Positions 11,094 through 21,972 of a stretch of 64,000 bases of DNA are shown here, one piece after another (within the stretch, counting starts at the first letter, position 1; every line of letters starts with the position of its first letter). Below the pieces are notes generated by a model, which had not been told where the DNA came from, did no database searches, and saw nothing but the letters and a program-made list of their open reading frames with translations. The stretch comes from Coniocarpon cinnabarinum. Its lineage: Eukaryota. A program made the translations under genes and the position numbers. The stretch is from contig JAVECO010000061.1 in the NCBI GenBank assembly GCA_051942205.1, positions 1-64,000 on the forward strand, written 5' to 3'.

Positions 11094-14000
11094 ATGGCGT
11101 ACAACTTCGATGACTTGCTCGACCACTTGATTGACTGCGTCGCCATTTCTGGCAATTTTGGTGAGACTGTGCTCTTCTTCTCATTTTGCGCCTCTCACGT
11201 GATCCTGCCATTGCTTCTTGCATCCTTGCCTGCACACTTTTGGTCTGTGCTGCTCTTTGGCAAGAGCTGCGAAGGTAGCGCTTTTATGCTTCCGCTTCTG
11301 GCCATGACCGTTCCTAAGCACAACATGTGGCCACTCCACGGCTGATACCGTCCTCCAGGCACCACTTTTGAAAACATTCCCACTTATGTGCAGTCGTACC
11401 GAGGCCATGCCGCAGATACGGGCAACTCTGATGGGCTTTCAACGCCCGACTTGGACGAAAGCGCGCTGCGCACGGTTTGGAGATGGCTTGTGGAGTGTCC
11501 TGATTTTGCGGTGAGACGGCGTGACCCGAGTACCGTTTGGCGAGGCGCTGCAGAGGTCGACAATGGAGAAAGGGGCGCCAGTCCACGCGCCGCGCTCATC
11601 GCTTCACACTTCCCTCATGGACTCATCATCTTCCCCAGCGAAGAGTCCATGTGGCAGAGTCTCGCGGGACACGGCCCTGACTACAAGAGAGTGCCCGCAT
11701 TGATGTTTCAACTTCTCTCAATCATCGCCGCATGCCGCGAACAAGGGATCCAGCAACCCGACCTCGTCAGGCGCAGCCGTCAGGACAAGCGGTCAGTGCC
11801 CTCGCGAACAGACAAACTCCACCAGGCAGGGTACATTGTCAAGCGTGGGATCGTGGAGACTTCCCGACACACCTTAACCAGCCATTGCCTGCTCAAGAAG
11901 TTTGTCAAACCGGAGGATTCTGAAGCGGTCAAGTCCTGGGCAGCGCTAGACCCCCGAGCCGTGCGTCACAAGCTGTTCAAAAACGACACCACCGTCGACC
12001 TGCCAATGTTCCTCGACTTCATACTTGCGGTCTCGCGCGATAGGGACCATGTACCCGCCAGTGAACTCCGAGAGCGTCTGGATGCTGTGAGCAGGAGAAG
12101 AATCAGAACTCTCCTGCTCAAAGTGCTACGGAAGATGGCCAACATCGGACTTATTGAAATCGGCCAAATGCTGGTGAGCAGCGAGCCCAAGGCCACATAT
12201 GTACCGTGCATTCAATTTGTCCGAGACCCAACGGAAGCAGAAAGAGTCAATTTCGGTCGGATTGGGCAATCAGTCGAGAACCCAGATCAGGATCAGGATT
12301 CGATTGATGACGAGCGACAAGGAATGGACGTTGAAGAGGATGATGATGAGGCTGTGATCCACGCCATTGACGCTGGAAAAGGAGATCCTGGGGTTGGACT
12401 TTGGCGATCCAGCTCGCTGATCCAAAACGAAGCTTTCGACTTTTTCCATGACGCTGGGCCTTCGGGTACCACCACCGTGACCTGTGCCGAGCGCATGGGA
12501 TGGCAGTTCTACGCAAAACCGTTTGAGATCTTGCTGCAGAGATTGACAGAATGGAAAGCTGCTCAACCGATACCGTTACTACACCTTGGCATTATCAAAG
12601 AGTCAAAGATTGACGGTAGAACTCGAGAATATATTTTGCGATCACCGCCCAACATGCAGGAAGCAGTGGCTAAGGGTGGCGCAAAATGGGATGCGGGCAA
12701 GAGGCCTTCCAAACCTTCTTCTTCAGCATCAACAGGTACCGATGCCTGGGGCTTTCCCGCATTGGATGAACGCGTGTTTGTTGGCGTGACGCGGCGTGGT
12801 CCTGCCATGAAACAACTGAAGAAGGCTGGATCAACGCCAAGAAGTTTTACGCCAATATCGAAGATCGAACTTTTAGATCGCAAGAGACCGTCCGCTTTGT
12901 CCACCAAACCAGATTCTGCAGTCACGAGCCCCCCTGATCGCGCAACAAAACGTCGTAAAACTGCGAGTTTGACACATCATGAGATCGTCGATACAGGTCC
13001 GTCGCAACCGGAACCTGAGCTCGTTGCTGGCAGCACTTCGCCGCCATCTGGTTTACCAGACGGTATATATCTTAATCCTCCTGGAAGTGTACCACGCCGC
13101 AAGATAAGAGGCCGCCCGCCCAAGCATGTCAAGAATCCAAAGGTCATTGTTTTTAAAAGTCAACAGCTCAAAGATCTGGCGTGGTTTAATCAAAACACAT
13201 CCCCTTTGAGATTCGGTGCCCATGACGCCGGCCCTACTATCGATGGACGAGCCAATAATACAGTCCAGTCGGTCGAATCGCCAGCTCAAATGCGCAACGC
13301 ACTTACAGGAACTCAAACAGCAAATCTCAGCAGCCTAGGAACGGCTGTTACAAGTCCTCCGCCATCAGCGTCTCTCGCTCAGCTACGCAGCGATGTTGAC
13401 TCAGCTGCCCCAAGCCATGACCCTCCTCCAAGATACGAGCAAAGGCCTCAAACTAACAATGACGAATTTGGAAATCTGAGCCAGTCCACCATGCGCAAAA
13501 TTATGGAAGATGCCGATGCAATGCAAATTGACAAGGAAGCCTCAACAGCGGCGTCTAACCAGCCAACGATGAACTCTCCTAGCGCTGGCTTCATGCACAT
13601 GGAGCCACAAGAGGTTCAGACTGCACAATTTGAAGGCTCGACTGCCCAATCGCTCACGCTCCCGTCCGGGAACACGGCAGAAGAACAGCAAGATTCTACC
13701 AAACGCATGTGCGAGGCGACCGGGGCTTTATACAGAGCATCTCCTCCTCCCAACATGGAACAAGTTCGCTCGATACAGAGACTGCCAGATTCTTCTGCAC
13801 ACGATGTCGAGCACATTGACCAAGACGGACCACCAAGCTCTTCGCAACAAGAAGAGTCTGGTTTATTTCATGTACAAGCAGGCGATTCCAGATGCCAAAG
13901 AATGTCGCAGCCGCAGGAAGCCGGTAGTCAGCTCAAAGCTGGTCGAGTGCCTCCAGTGCCATTATCCGTCACTGTTTCAACAACGACGGGACACGACTCG

Positions 14001-17000
14001 CCAAGCGAATTTCAGGAAGGCAGTGATGTTGCATCAATCCAAACCACTGTGAGTAATTTGCTGGGTACATCGACACAGGATGACCCTGCCACTGCTAAGC
14101 TTCTCCGTGACGAAAGATGTGCGATGATTTTGGAAATACTGTCACACACCGGAGGGGTATATCCCATGTCGAAAGAGTTTTGGTGGGCTTTGGCATCCTT
14201 GGTTCGGCGAAAGAAAGGTCGCAAAGCTGCAGTCGCTGACCAGACAACGCTCTATCGCTTAATTAGAAATCTGTGCGATGCAGGCGTTCTGCGAATAACC
14301 ATGTTTGATCATCGGACAAAGTCCCACACCACATTGCAGTTGAAGATTGTGATGTTCAGAACACTTGGCGATGACGATCCTAAGGTTGAGAAGCTGAAAA
14401 GAAACATGCACACGGTGTATCCTGACGCATATTTTCCGGAGGGGTTCGTCATAGAGGAGGATCTGGAGCAAAGAGCCGGCAGACACCTCTACAGCTTGGC
14501 ACCGTGGAAGAAATCAAAGCGAGGTGAATTGCTATGGTCCAAAGTCCTCCAACCTAGATCCACGAATTCCTTGGCGCCAGTTCATGATCAGCACAATAAC
14601 GAACAGCTAAATGAAAACAAAGGCGCTGAAGACGCGGTTATGTCTGATGGTGGAAGTGATGAGTACGATAATGTTACCTTACAGAAGCGCAACAAAGCAC
14701 AAATAGGGGCGTCAGCAAAGAGACGTAAGACTGCCAGCAATGCTTTGCAGAGCGATTCAAGAGCAGAGAGTCTTCAGATGTCAAGCTTGGACAAGACGGC
14801 AAAAGTCAATGCTCGGCGGTTCTTTTTGAACAAGCTGCGGGCGTTGACAAATCCACTTCCCGTCTTGCATGGGCCTAGCGGTACCTTTGGATCGATTTAC
14901 GAGCTCCGCGTACGCCAACGGCCAATTACACAGATGCGAATCGATACTACAGCTCCTGCTCAATTCGAGGCCCAGATGCCCCTCAATTTTGAGGACATGG
15001 TCATAGCCCCCAGTGGCGAAGCTGGCGCAGTCTCTCGCGATGCTTCTAAAAATGAGCACGATTACATCATGCAGAACATCGATGCCGCTACCCGATGGGA
15101 ACTCGACAATGAGACGTTGCTCACCTCCAATAAGCAGTTGGCAGTGCCGCGTTTCATGAACCTGGTCGGTGGGTATAGTAGTGGGCCTGTTTCGACGACT
15201 TTCTTCAACGTGTTTGAGGATTATCAACGACCCGAGCCCTCTGCACATTCTGTCAGCGCTAAGAAGTATAGGGAGCTGGCCCACGGATCCACTATGCCTC
15301 AAGAGCAGTCGAACATCCTATCCAAGGCGACAAACCCGGCGGCTCGCTTCAAAGGAAAATATAGCCGCCTGCGTCGTCCTGGCTGTGGACCTGCTCCAAG
15401 TCGGGTAACTGAGCAGGCATCATCGTATTCTCAGTCCAACTCTAGACCAGAAGCAGACTGTGCCCATCCTGTTACTCCTCGCACAGAAAAGCAAGAAGCA
15501 CACCGACATTCATTCGAACCAACCCCATCATGGACAGAAGCAGAAATAGGGAGGATGATCATCATCGTGGTTGCCATACGCACTCTTTGTGGCGGCAAAA
15601 GAAAGTCAATTGACTGGACCTTGGTTAACAAATACATCAACTTTGATTTGAAAGAACACCTGAGCCCTGCCGCTGCCTGGAGGAAAATTCAAATTGCGCG
15701 ACGCGAGCAAGTCCTTACAATGGAGGAGAAGTTTCCAGAAGCCTATCTCAATGCATATGCGAACGATAATGTCGCTGGAGTCAATTTTGATGACCTTTCT
15801 GCAACAAATTGGGAAGCAATATTTTCTTGGTCAAGGCAACTTTATCATGAGGTGCAGGCTAATAATCCGGGGCCAGCGCGCCAAGTTCGTGGCCCAGGCG
15901 TTGTTGTTGAAGCCAAGAACGCGTCGGACAATTCGTCTGATCATATTTCGCTGCCGAGCACTCGAACGCACCTTGAGCAGAAGTTTCGTTTTGACTCTGA
16001 AGACTCTCCATTGGACACGAGTCTGCTCTTTGATCCAAGAGCACATGACTTGAAATTGCGGATGGCGCAAATTAATCTCCCCTTCGAGATGCCACTTAGT
16101 CACAAGTCTCAAGCATGCGCGGAAATTACCGAGCAATGTCCAGAGATGATAGATGAGACGACAATAACTCAGACCTTGTTGCGAGCCTGTGAGAATTCTG
16201 ACGATGGAGGAGAATTCTTCAACGCTGAAGGGAGACATCTTTTCAACTTGGAGAAGTCTGCGTTCAAAGACATCAGCAAGGAAACAATAGTGAAAGCACT
16301 GAAAGGTTACGTACGCGACGGCGTAATCAAGCTCGGCTCATCCGACTGGCAACATAGCATGGTTGCGCTGAATCACATGAACACATTGCTGCGCAAGTCG
16401 ATTACTTTGGGCTCTTCGGATAGATTCCAAAGCTGCATGAAGTACAAACGAGAGCTGGATAGAACTATGAGCCAGAAGCAAGTCAACGACTTGCCTACAG
16501 TGCATCTAGACCATACCAGTGAAGAAGCAGCCACGCTAACCGTGCTCAACCTTGCAGCATTGGGCATGGTTAGACTGTCGCTAAATATACCTCCATTGTC
16601 AACAACTCACAACGGACCCCTCAAGACTTCAAGCCGATTAGATGGTTTGTCAGGAGCACGTCTCGCGGAAACATTTTCTCTTTGGGGAGCGCAGTTGACC
16701 AATAACCGATCTGCAAAAGTCGATACGAACGGTTTGAACTTTGCGGTTGTTGTGAAATCCACCGAGCGGTACGAGAGCGATCTGCCGCCAATCGACAATT
16801 ACGACTGGAAGCCTCCTACGAGACACGAGCAAGGATCGCTTCAACGGGCAGTACCAATATGGTGCGATTTGAAGCGGACTGTACTTGACCGGGTGTGGAA
16901 GACAGTGGTGGTGAGCCTTGTTTGCTGGCTGGTCAGCCGCCCGTTGAGCAGCGCTCGAGATATTGCCAAGAGTTGGGGCACGGCGTCCTCGATACAGCCG

Positions 17001-17180
17001 TGGGAAGTCGAGCTGGCGCTGAGTTGGCTTGAAGCTCGCGAAATCACCAAGCGAAGCAGTGGCGGACGATGGAGGCTCGGGGCTTACTGGTGGTGCATAC
17101 TCGGTGAAACGGGATGGCAGTTTGGGACGCGCAAGGAGGCCTCACCAGAGCTGAGCAACACGATTGACGAACAGACGTGA
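11094..17180 (+). CDS. TFC3: TFIIIC B-block-binding subunit (Tfc3/Sfc3)
   Basis: Exon 1 11094-11160 (MAYNFDDLLDHLIDCVAISG); intron 11161-11358 (GTGAGA..GCTGAT..CAG); exon 2 in frame with the 1930-aa ORF. B-block motif FQLLSIIAACREQGIQQPDL..QDKRSVPSRTDKL, AT-hook RGRPPK, C-terminal PIWCD..WW. Confidence 0.9.
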
Positions 17181-17549
17181 CTGATGATGTATGTATGAAT
17201 ACGAGCTCTGACTGTACGAGTTATACATAGATGTCAATACCTTAAGCAACCGGTGCTGTCTCTCGCGCCCATGATAGGTGGTCAATATATGGGATTGATG
17301 TAGGAATGCTCATGAGTAAAAGGGGGCGGTAGTTGGGGCTGTTTTCAGGCTCGAAGTCTTCCAGTTGCCGCCCTGCCGCCCCTGGTTCCAAGGCACACGC
17401 GTCGACTCTCCGAACCTCGCTCTCATTTCTCCCTCCCAACTCTTTCACTTTCTTTCTTTCCTTCCGCCGTCGACCATCCTGGAATGATCTGTGCAAGCTC
17501 ACAGTGATTTCGTCTCCTGCATTTCGACATAGAAGTGGAACTCTAATGT

Positions 17550-17687
17550 GGCCTCATGTGGTTCCTGACACAGAGGGTCGCGAACTGTAAGCGGGGATGG
17601 TGGGTGGGGGAGGAGGAGGAGGAACGAGCGAGAGAGCGAATAAGGCCTCATGTGGTTCCTGACACAGGAAGTCGCGAACTGTGAGCG
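17550..17687. repeat. Two 44-bp near-identical direct repeats around a 50-bp purine-rich spacer
   Basis: GGCCTCATGTGGTTCCTGACACAG(AGG/GAA)GTCGCGAACTGT(A/G)AGCG at 17550-17593 and 17644-17687. Confidence 0.9.
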
Positions 17688-18105
17688 CTATGCAATGTGT
17701 TCGCACGGTAGGTTGTCCACATCGCGGGACGTGGCGAGCCATAAGCCCAACTTCTGTCAGACATGACTCGTACACTCTGTGAAAATGGCCAATTCCTTCG
17801 TGCGGATAGACGGCGCGCAGCGTCTCGCCGTACTGCATGGAACGGTAATACCGGGCAAATGCCTTTTGAAAAGCTCTCTTCGAGTCAAGCAAGGCGGGAA
17901 GGATCGTAACCTTGCGGTGCTCACTGTGCTTGACTGCTACCTGCGCTTAGCTGGAGGCTGATCAGTCATGGTGAAACATGATGATCTGTCCGAAAGTCTG
18001 GTCGGGTTGCCGACTTAAGCCAGCAGGCCGAGCTTTGGATGCCACTATGACATCTCACGAGCTCAAAAAGTCTCAGAGACGTCAAGAGACTGACGTCTCC
18101 ATAAC

Positions 18106-18904
18106 ATGGCGCGCACCGTTTCACACTTATATGACAACGATACTTACAAAGCCCTGCAACAAGGCACCATTCTGCTGATATCTATACCGTGGGGTATCAC
18201 GACAAACAGGGCCAATCTCAGCCTGAATACAAGACCAATTGCGTATGCATATACACATCAAGGCTTGCATGTTCCCTTCATCGGACATAGCACTCATAGC
18301 AGGGTCATCAAAATCCATGACGCGCGTGATGTGCACAGGTACACGATGTATATGAATCAACATTCCAGCAGCCAACCAAGTACTCTTGTCAATGAGCGCA
18401 CCCAGGAGCGAATTCCCATTATACCGGTAGACACATCGGCAAAGCAGCCCGCCGTCGAAACCCATCTTGGTTCCACCCAAGCGATCTATGAGATCGGAGA
18501 GAGAAACAGAAATAAGACCGACCCGCGTACTAGTGGCATGACATTCAAAACGGTCAATGAATCTCAGGCCGTGCAGTCCATCACTCCACTGCCGAAGAGG
18601 AATTTCAGTAAAGACAGGAAGAGCTTCGAGGGGAGAGTGAGCCTTCCCTTGAACTACATGGAGGTCTTCGTGCTGGGCATAGCTAACCTCATGCGACATC
18701 AGCACGAGTGTACGTACTGGACATGTGTTGGCGTTCGGATAGTGGGAGCGAGGGAGCTAATTACAATCTGCAGGGCGAGTCGGCATCGGAGAGAATGAGC
18801 CATCTCTTGGTGTCATGCATGAGCCAGCGGAGTTTCTCTCTTCCATCACCACTTTCTCGCGGGGAGACTGGGAAAGGAACCGCGATGGGCCCGCCAATGA
18901 GTAG
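18106..18904 (+). CDS. Orphan protein (~244 aa), possibly PemK/MazF-like (DUF6590-like) fold
   Basis: Good start context AACATGG. Canonical intron 18710-18773 (GTACGT..GCTAAT..CAG) joins an exon ending at TAG 18902-18904. The fold guess comes from motif spacing only. Confidence 0.6.
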
Positions 18905-19117
18905 GTATCCTACCGTATCTGGCCAGGATTGCCACTCAGATACTCTGGCTTGGTGATTTTGGACACGACTCGAGACCCTGGTGTTATGAGTGAACAATCC
19001 TCACCGAGGATCTTGTACTCTGTGCGGGATGGTAGGCGCGGGGGAGAAGAGAAACAGGCAAGAGAGCGCGGGAAGTCAAAATGTCTGCAATGGGTATTGG
19101 CATTGTCCACGTTGCGT

Positions 19118-20160
19118 CTACATGGCATAGTAAAGAGCATACAACTGGGTTCCATTCTTCTGGTCCGTGTAGAGGAGAATTTCTTCGGACTTGTAGATGG
19201 TAAAATTGCGATAGAAGGCACCAGTGGTTTGGTTGCCGTTCGCGCCAACACCGCAGGGTGCATTGACTGGAAGGGATGCTGCTGCTGCGGAGCTCACATT
19301 GATTTCGGAGGTGAAGTAAACCTGATCCGAAAAGATGCCTAGGAAGCCCAGAATTAGCGCAAACGGACCGAACTCTAATTAATGACGTGTCACGTTTCAT
19401 TGCGCCTTCTTCGACACGTTTCAGGCAAGAGCTGACGTCCCGTCTCAACCTCATCTCTCTCTCTTGTCCCTTGCTTCGTGCAGACGCTGCCACTCACCAG
19501 TGTAGCGGTTGTCTTCCCAATTTGCGTATCTTCCATTCGCCACGAATGTAGAAGCATCCGGAGCTTGGCCGATGTTGGCCGTCAGGTCGAAATGATTGAA
19601 GTACGCAAATATACTGCCGATGTTCTTGGGATCTCTGGTGGAGTTGAAATTCACGAGGTACAAGCCATCCGCAGTTGTCGTGGGAGGCGCGAGTGGGATC
19701 GTGGAAGATGACGGCAATGCATCGGTGCCTGATGTTGTAGGTGAAGGAGGAGGAATGGTAGTCGGCTGCGGTGTTGACGAAGAATTACTGCCCCACGATC
19801 AATACCTAGGCGCATTGATGGATCTTGGCTCTGTGCGGCATACTCTGTCTTGGACTCGCGCTGCATCGCCAAGAATCCAAAATGGATACCCAGACCCACC
19901 CCGGCGGCCGCAAGCACGAGGAAAGAACCGATGATAATCAAAATCCAGCGCCGTCGCACTAGGCATGCAATGTCAGCTAAGACGGCACAACACTGACACA
20001 GGCTATGGCGTTTACCGTCGTGGTACGTGTTTACCATTGTGTTGCCAATCTCTGTGACGAAATGCTGGTATCCGTGGCTTCCGACGCGATTATCCGTCAC
20101 ACCACTGAGGTTCTTGGGTGCCGCCTCACTTTTCGAACGGCTAGATGTGGATTCATGCAT
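19118..20160 (-). CDS. Type II single-pass membrane protein (256 aa): cytoplasmic N-tail with putative amyloid motif, TM helix, S/T/P stalk, glycosylated beta-rich ectodomain
   Basis: Exons 20160-20016, 19958-19844, 19787-19498 and 19338-19118 total 771 nt with an intact frame across three GT-AG introns. RRR precedes the TM WILIIIGSFLVLAAAGVGLGIHFGFL. Sequons NSS, NST, NVS, NQT, NFT and NGT lie C-terminal to the TM. Confidence 0.8.
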
Positions 20161-20460
20161 CGGAATTGGTTGAGCAAGTGCTGTCGATCTTTCCTGCGGG
20201 ACGCGTGCGGACGGTCCATATTAATATGCCTGAGACACCCTCTGCGAGGACGGCTCCAAGGGGCGCAGCATGGTATCTGGGTGCGCACAATTGCGCGTGG
20301 CCTTCCATGAAGGCTGTGGACAGGCAACATATCGTCGAAGAGTGGCACGCCCAAGTATGCCTTGGTGCAACGCTCCGCCAATGTGATAAAGGGCGGGCAG
20401 CACCCGCAGTCGCCATTCCCACTTGCGAGGAAATGTAGATGGTGGAAGACTGTGTGTCAT

Positions 20461-21972
20461 ATGGATCCGTTAGTTACTTGCACAAGATTGCAATTGATAT
20501 ATTTGCAAGAGCGAAGTCGTTACTGACGAGACCTGACTAGGCTAACTGCTATCGTCACGGTCACCCAAGCAGCGGGATTTTGCGCGTCCTCACTTAGGAA
20601 GGTGCTTGACGTCTGTGACGTGATCAAGCATGGAACTACGCAGGTTGAGGAGCAGCGTGCCCATATCATTGGCTTAACGGCTGTGACCGATTCTCTCACC
20701 GAACGCCTTATCAGCTATGATCAACCGATGGTGCTAAAAACAATACTTGCTTCTCTCAGGGCAACCACTCAGGAGCTTCTCAAGCTATTTAGCGTCACGT
20801 CTCGCCTCGATGTCAGCCTGGCGCTGCTGGTTCGCCGCGAAAAGATTCAAAAACACCTCAATCTGCTGGAAAGACAGAAAACGACGCTCTCACTGTACGT
20901 CAATGCGGAGACTTATCGATCAGTTGAAGAAGTGAAAATGCACTTAATTCCATCTTTCATGAGAAGGCGCCCGAAACACGCGGAGATAAAACCCTCAACT
21001 GCACACGAGGCTCATTTCATATACGACTCGCCAAAATGCGAACCAGACCCAACATCAAGAGAGCTCATTCGTCACGCGGACACCGATTTGAGTCTGAAAG
21101 AGCTCGTCCATCGAACCAACACTGATTTGAGTTTGGAAGAGTTTATCCATCACGCGGACACCGATTTGAGCTTGCTCTCAGGGGAATTTTATCACCCTTC
21201 CGAGCTTGAAGCCAAGGAAAAGGTTGAAATTGACAGCAACAGCCACTCTGCTAGGCGCAGCAAGATGTCATCGGCTCCTGGTCGCATCAAACGACTTTCG
21301 AACAGGGTATCTCGCAATCATAATGCCGCCCACATTCATGAATTATATGGCGATTTGAGATCGAAAGCACATGAATTACATGAAAAGCATGAGTTACAAG
21401 CTGATCCTGCATCACCGCATGACATCAATAGTACGACGACTTTGACGAACGAAGCTGAACAAGTCCACCCCTATCCGTCTCAGGCACCTGACGGTACGCC
21501 GCAGGGTAGGGAGCGCTTCATAGTCCCTACTGAAGAACAACGTCCTGGCACATCACATGCGAGCTCGGGTCCATCAATAGGCAACAGCCGACCTCCTCAA
21601 CAGCCCGATACCACGCAGTACGTCGTGACCGGTGCCAGTACCCGACAAGTCGCAGCTACCACGCAAACTGGAACTCACACAGCTACGCGCGCCCTACCTT
21701 TACGCTGCAGCATTTCAAACAACAAGACCGGCGATTACGGCGAGATGCTCATTGCCTTTGAGGAGAATACTACAGGCGTGATGGGTCGCGCGAAGATCGA
21801 TGATAATGCTTGTGGAGTCCATGGTACCAAGAACTTGGGCGATTTCCGCGTTCTGAAAGAGATGTTTGAGGTGCGCGAACGATATTTGCGCGAGAAGAAT
21901 AGACACCAGATGCTGGTGACTCAGCGGTCGCAGCTCGTGGCAGCCCGCTCGCGGAGTGAGCTGAGCCATTAG
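20461..21972 (+). CDS. SesA/HeLo-like N-terminal domain protein with a C-terminal two-repeat amyloid-like motif
   Basis: Exon 1 ATGGATCC (20461-20468) and intron 20469-20540 (GTTAGT..CTGAC..TAG) give MDPLTAIVTVTQAAGFC... The helical domain ends LERQKTTLSL, as in fungal STAND N-terminal domains. A long disordered linker leads to pseudo-repeats at 21706-21867. Confidence 0.75.
21061..21174 (+). repeat. Three 39-bp coding tandem repeats (ELIRHADTDLSLK / ELVHRTNTDLSLE / EFIHHADTDLSL)
   Basis: Seen directly at both DNA and protein level. Confidence 0.9.

Noticed and set aside
17550..17687. CRISPR-like repeat-spacer-repeat
   Set aside because: Only two copies, in a eukaryotic context with no cas genes. 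A local duplication explains it.
18127..18705. 192-aa antisense ORF
   Set aside because: Shadow of the plus-strand gene, which has the better start context and a canonical intron.
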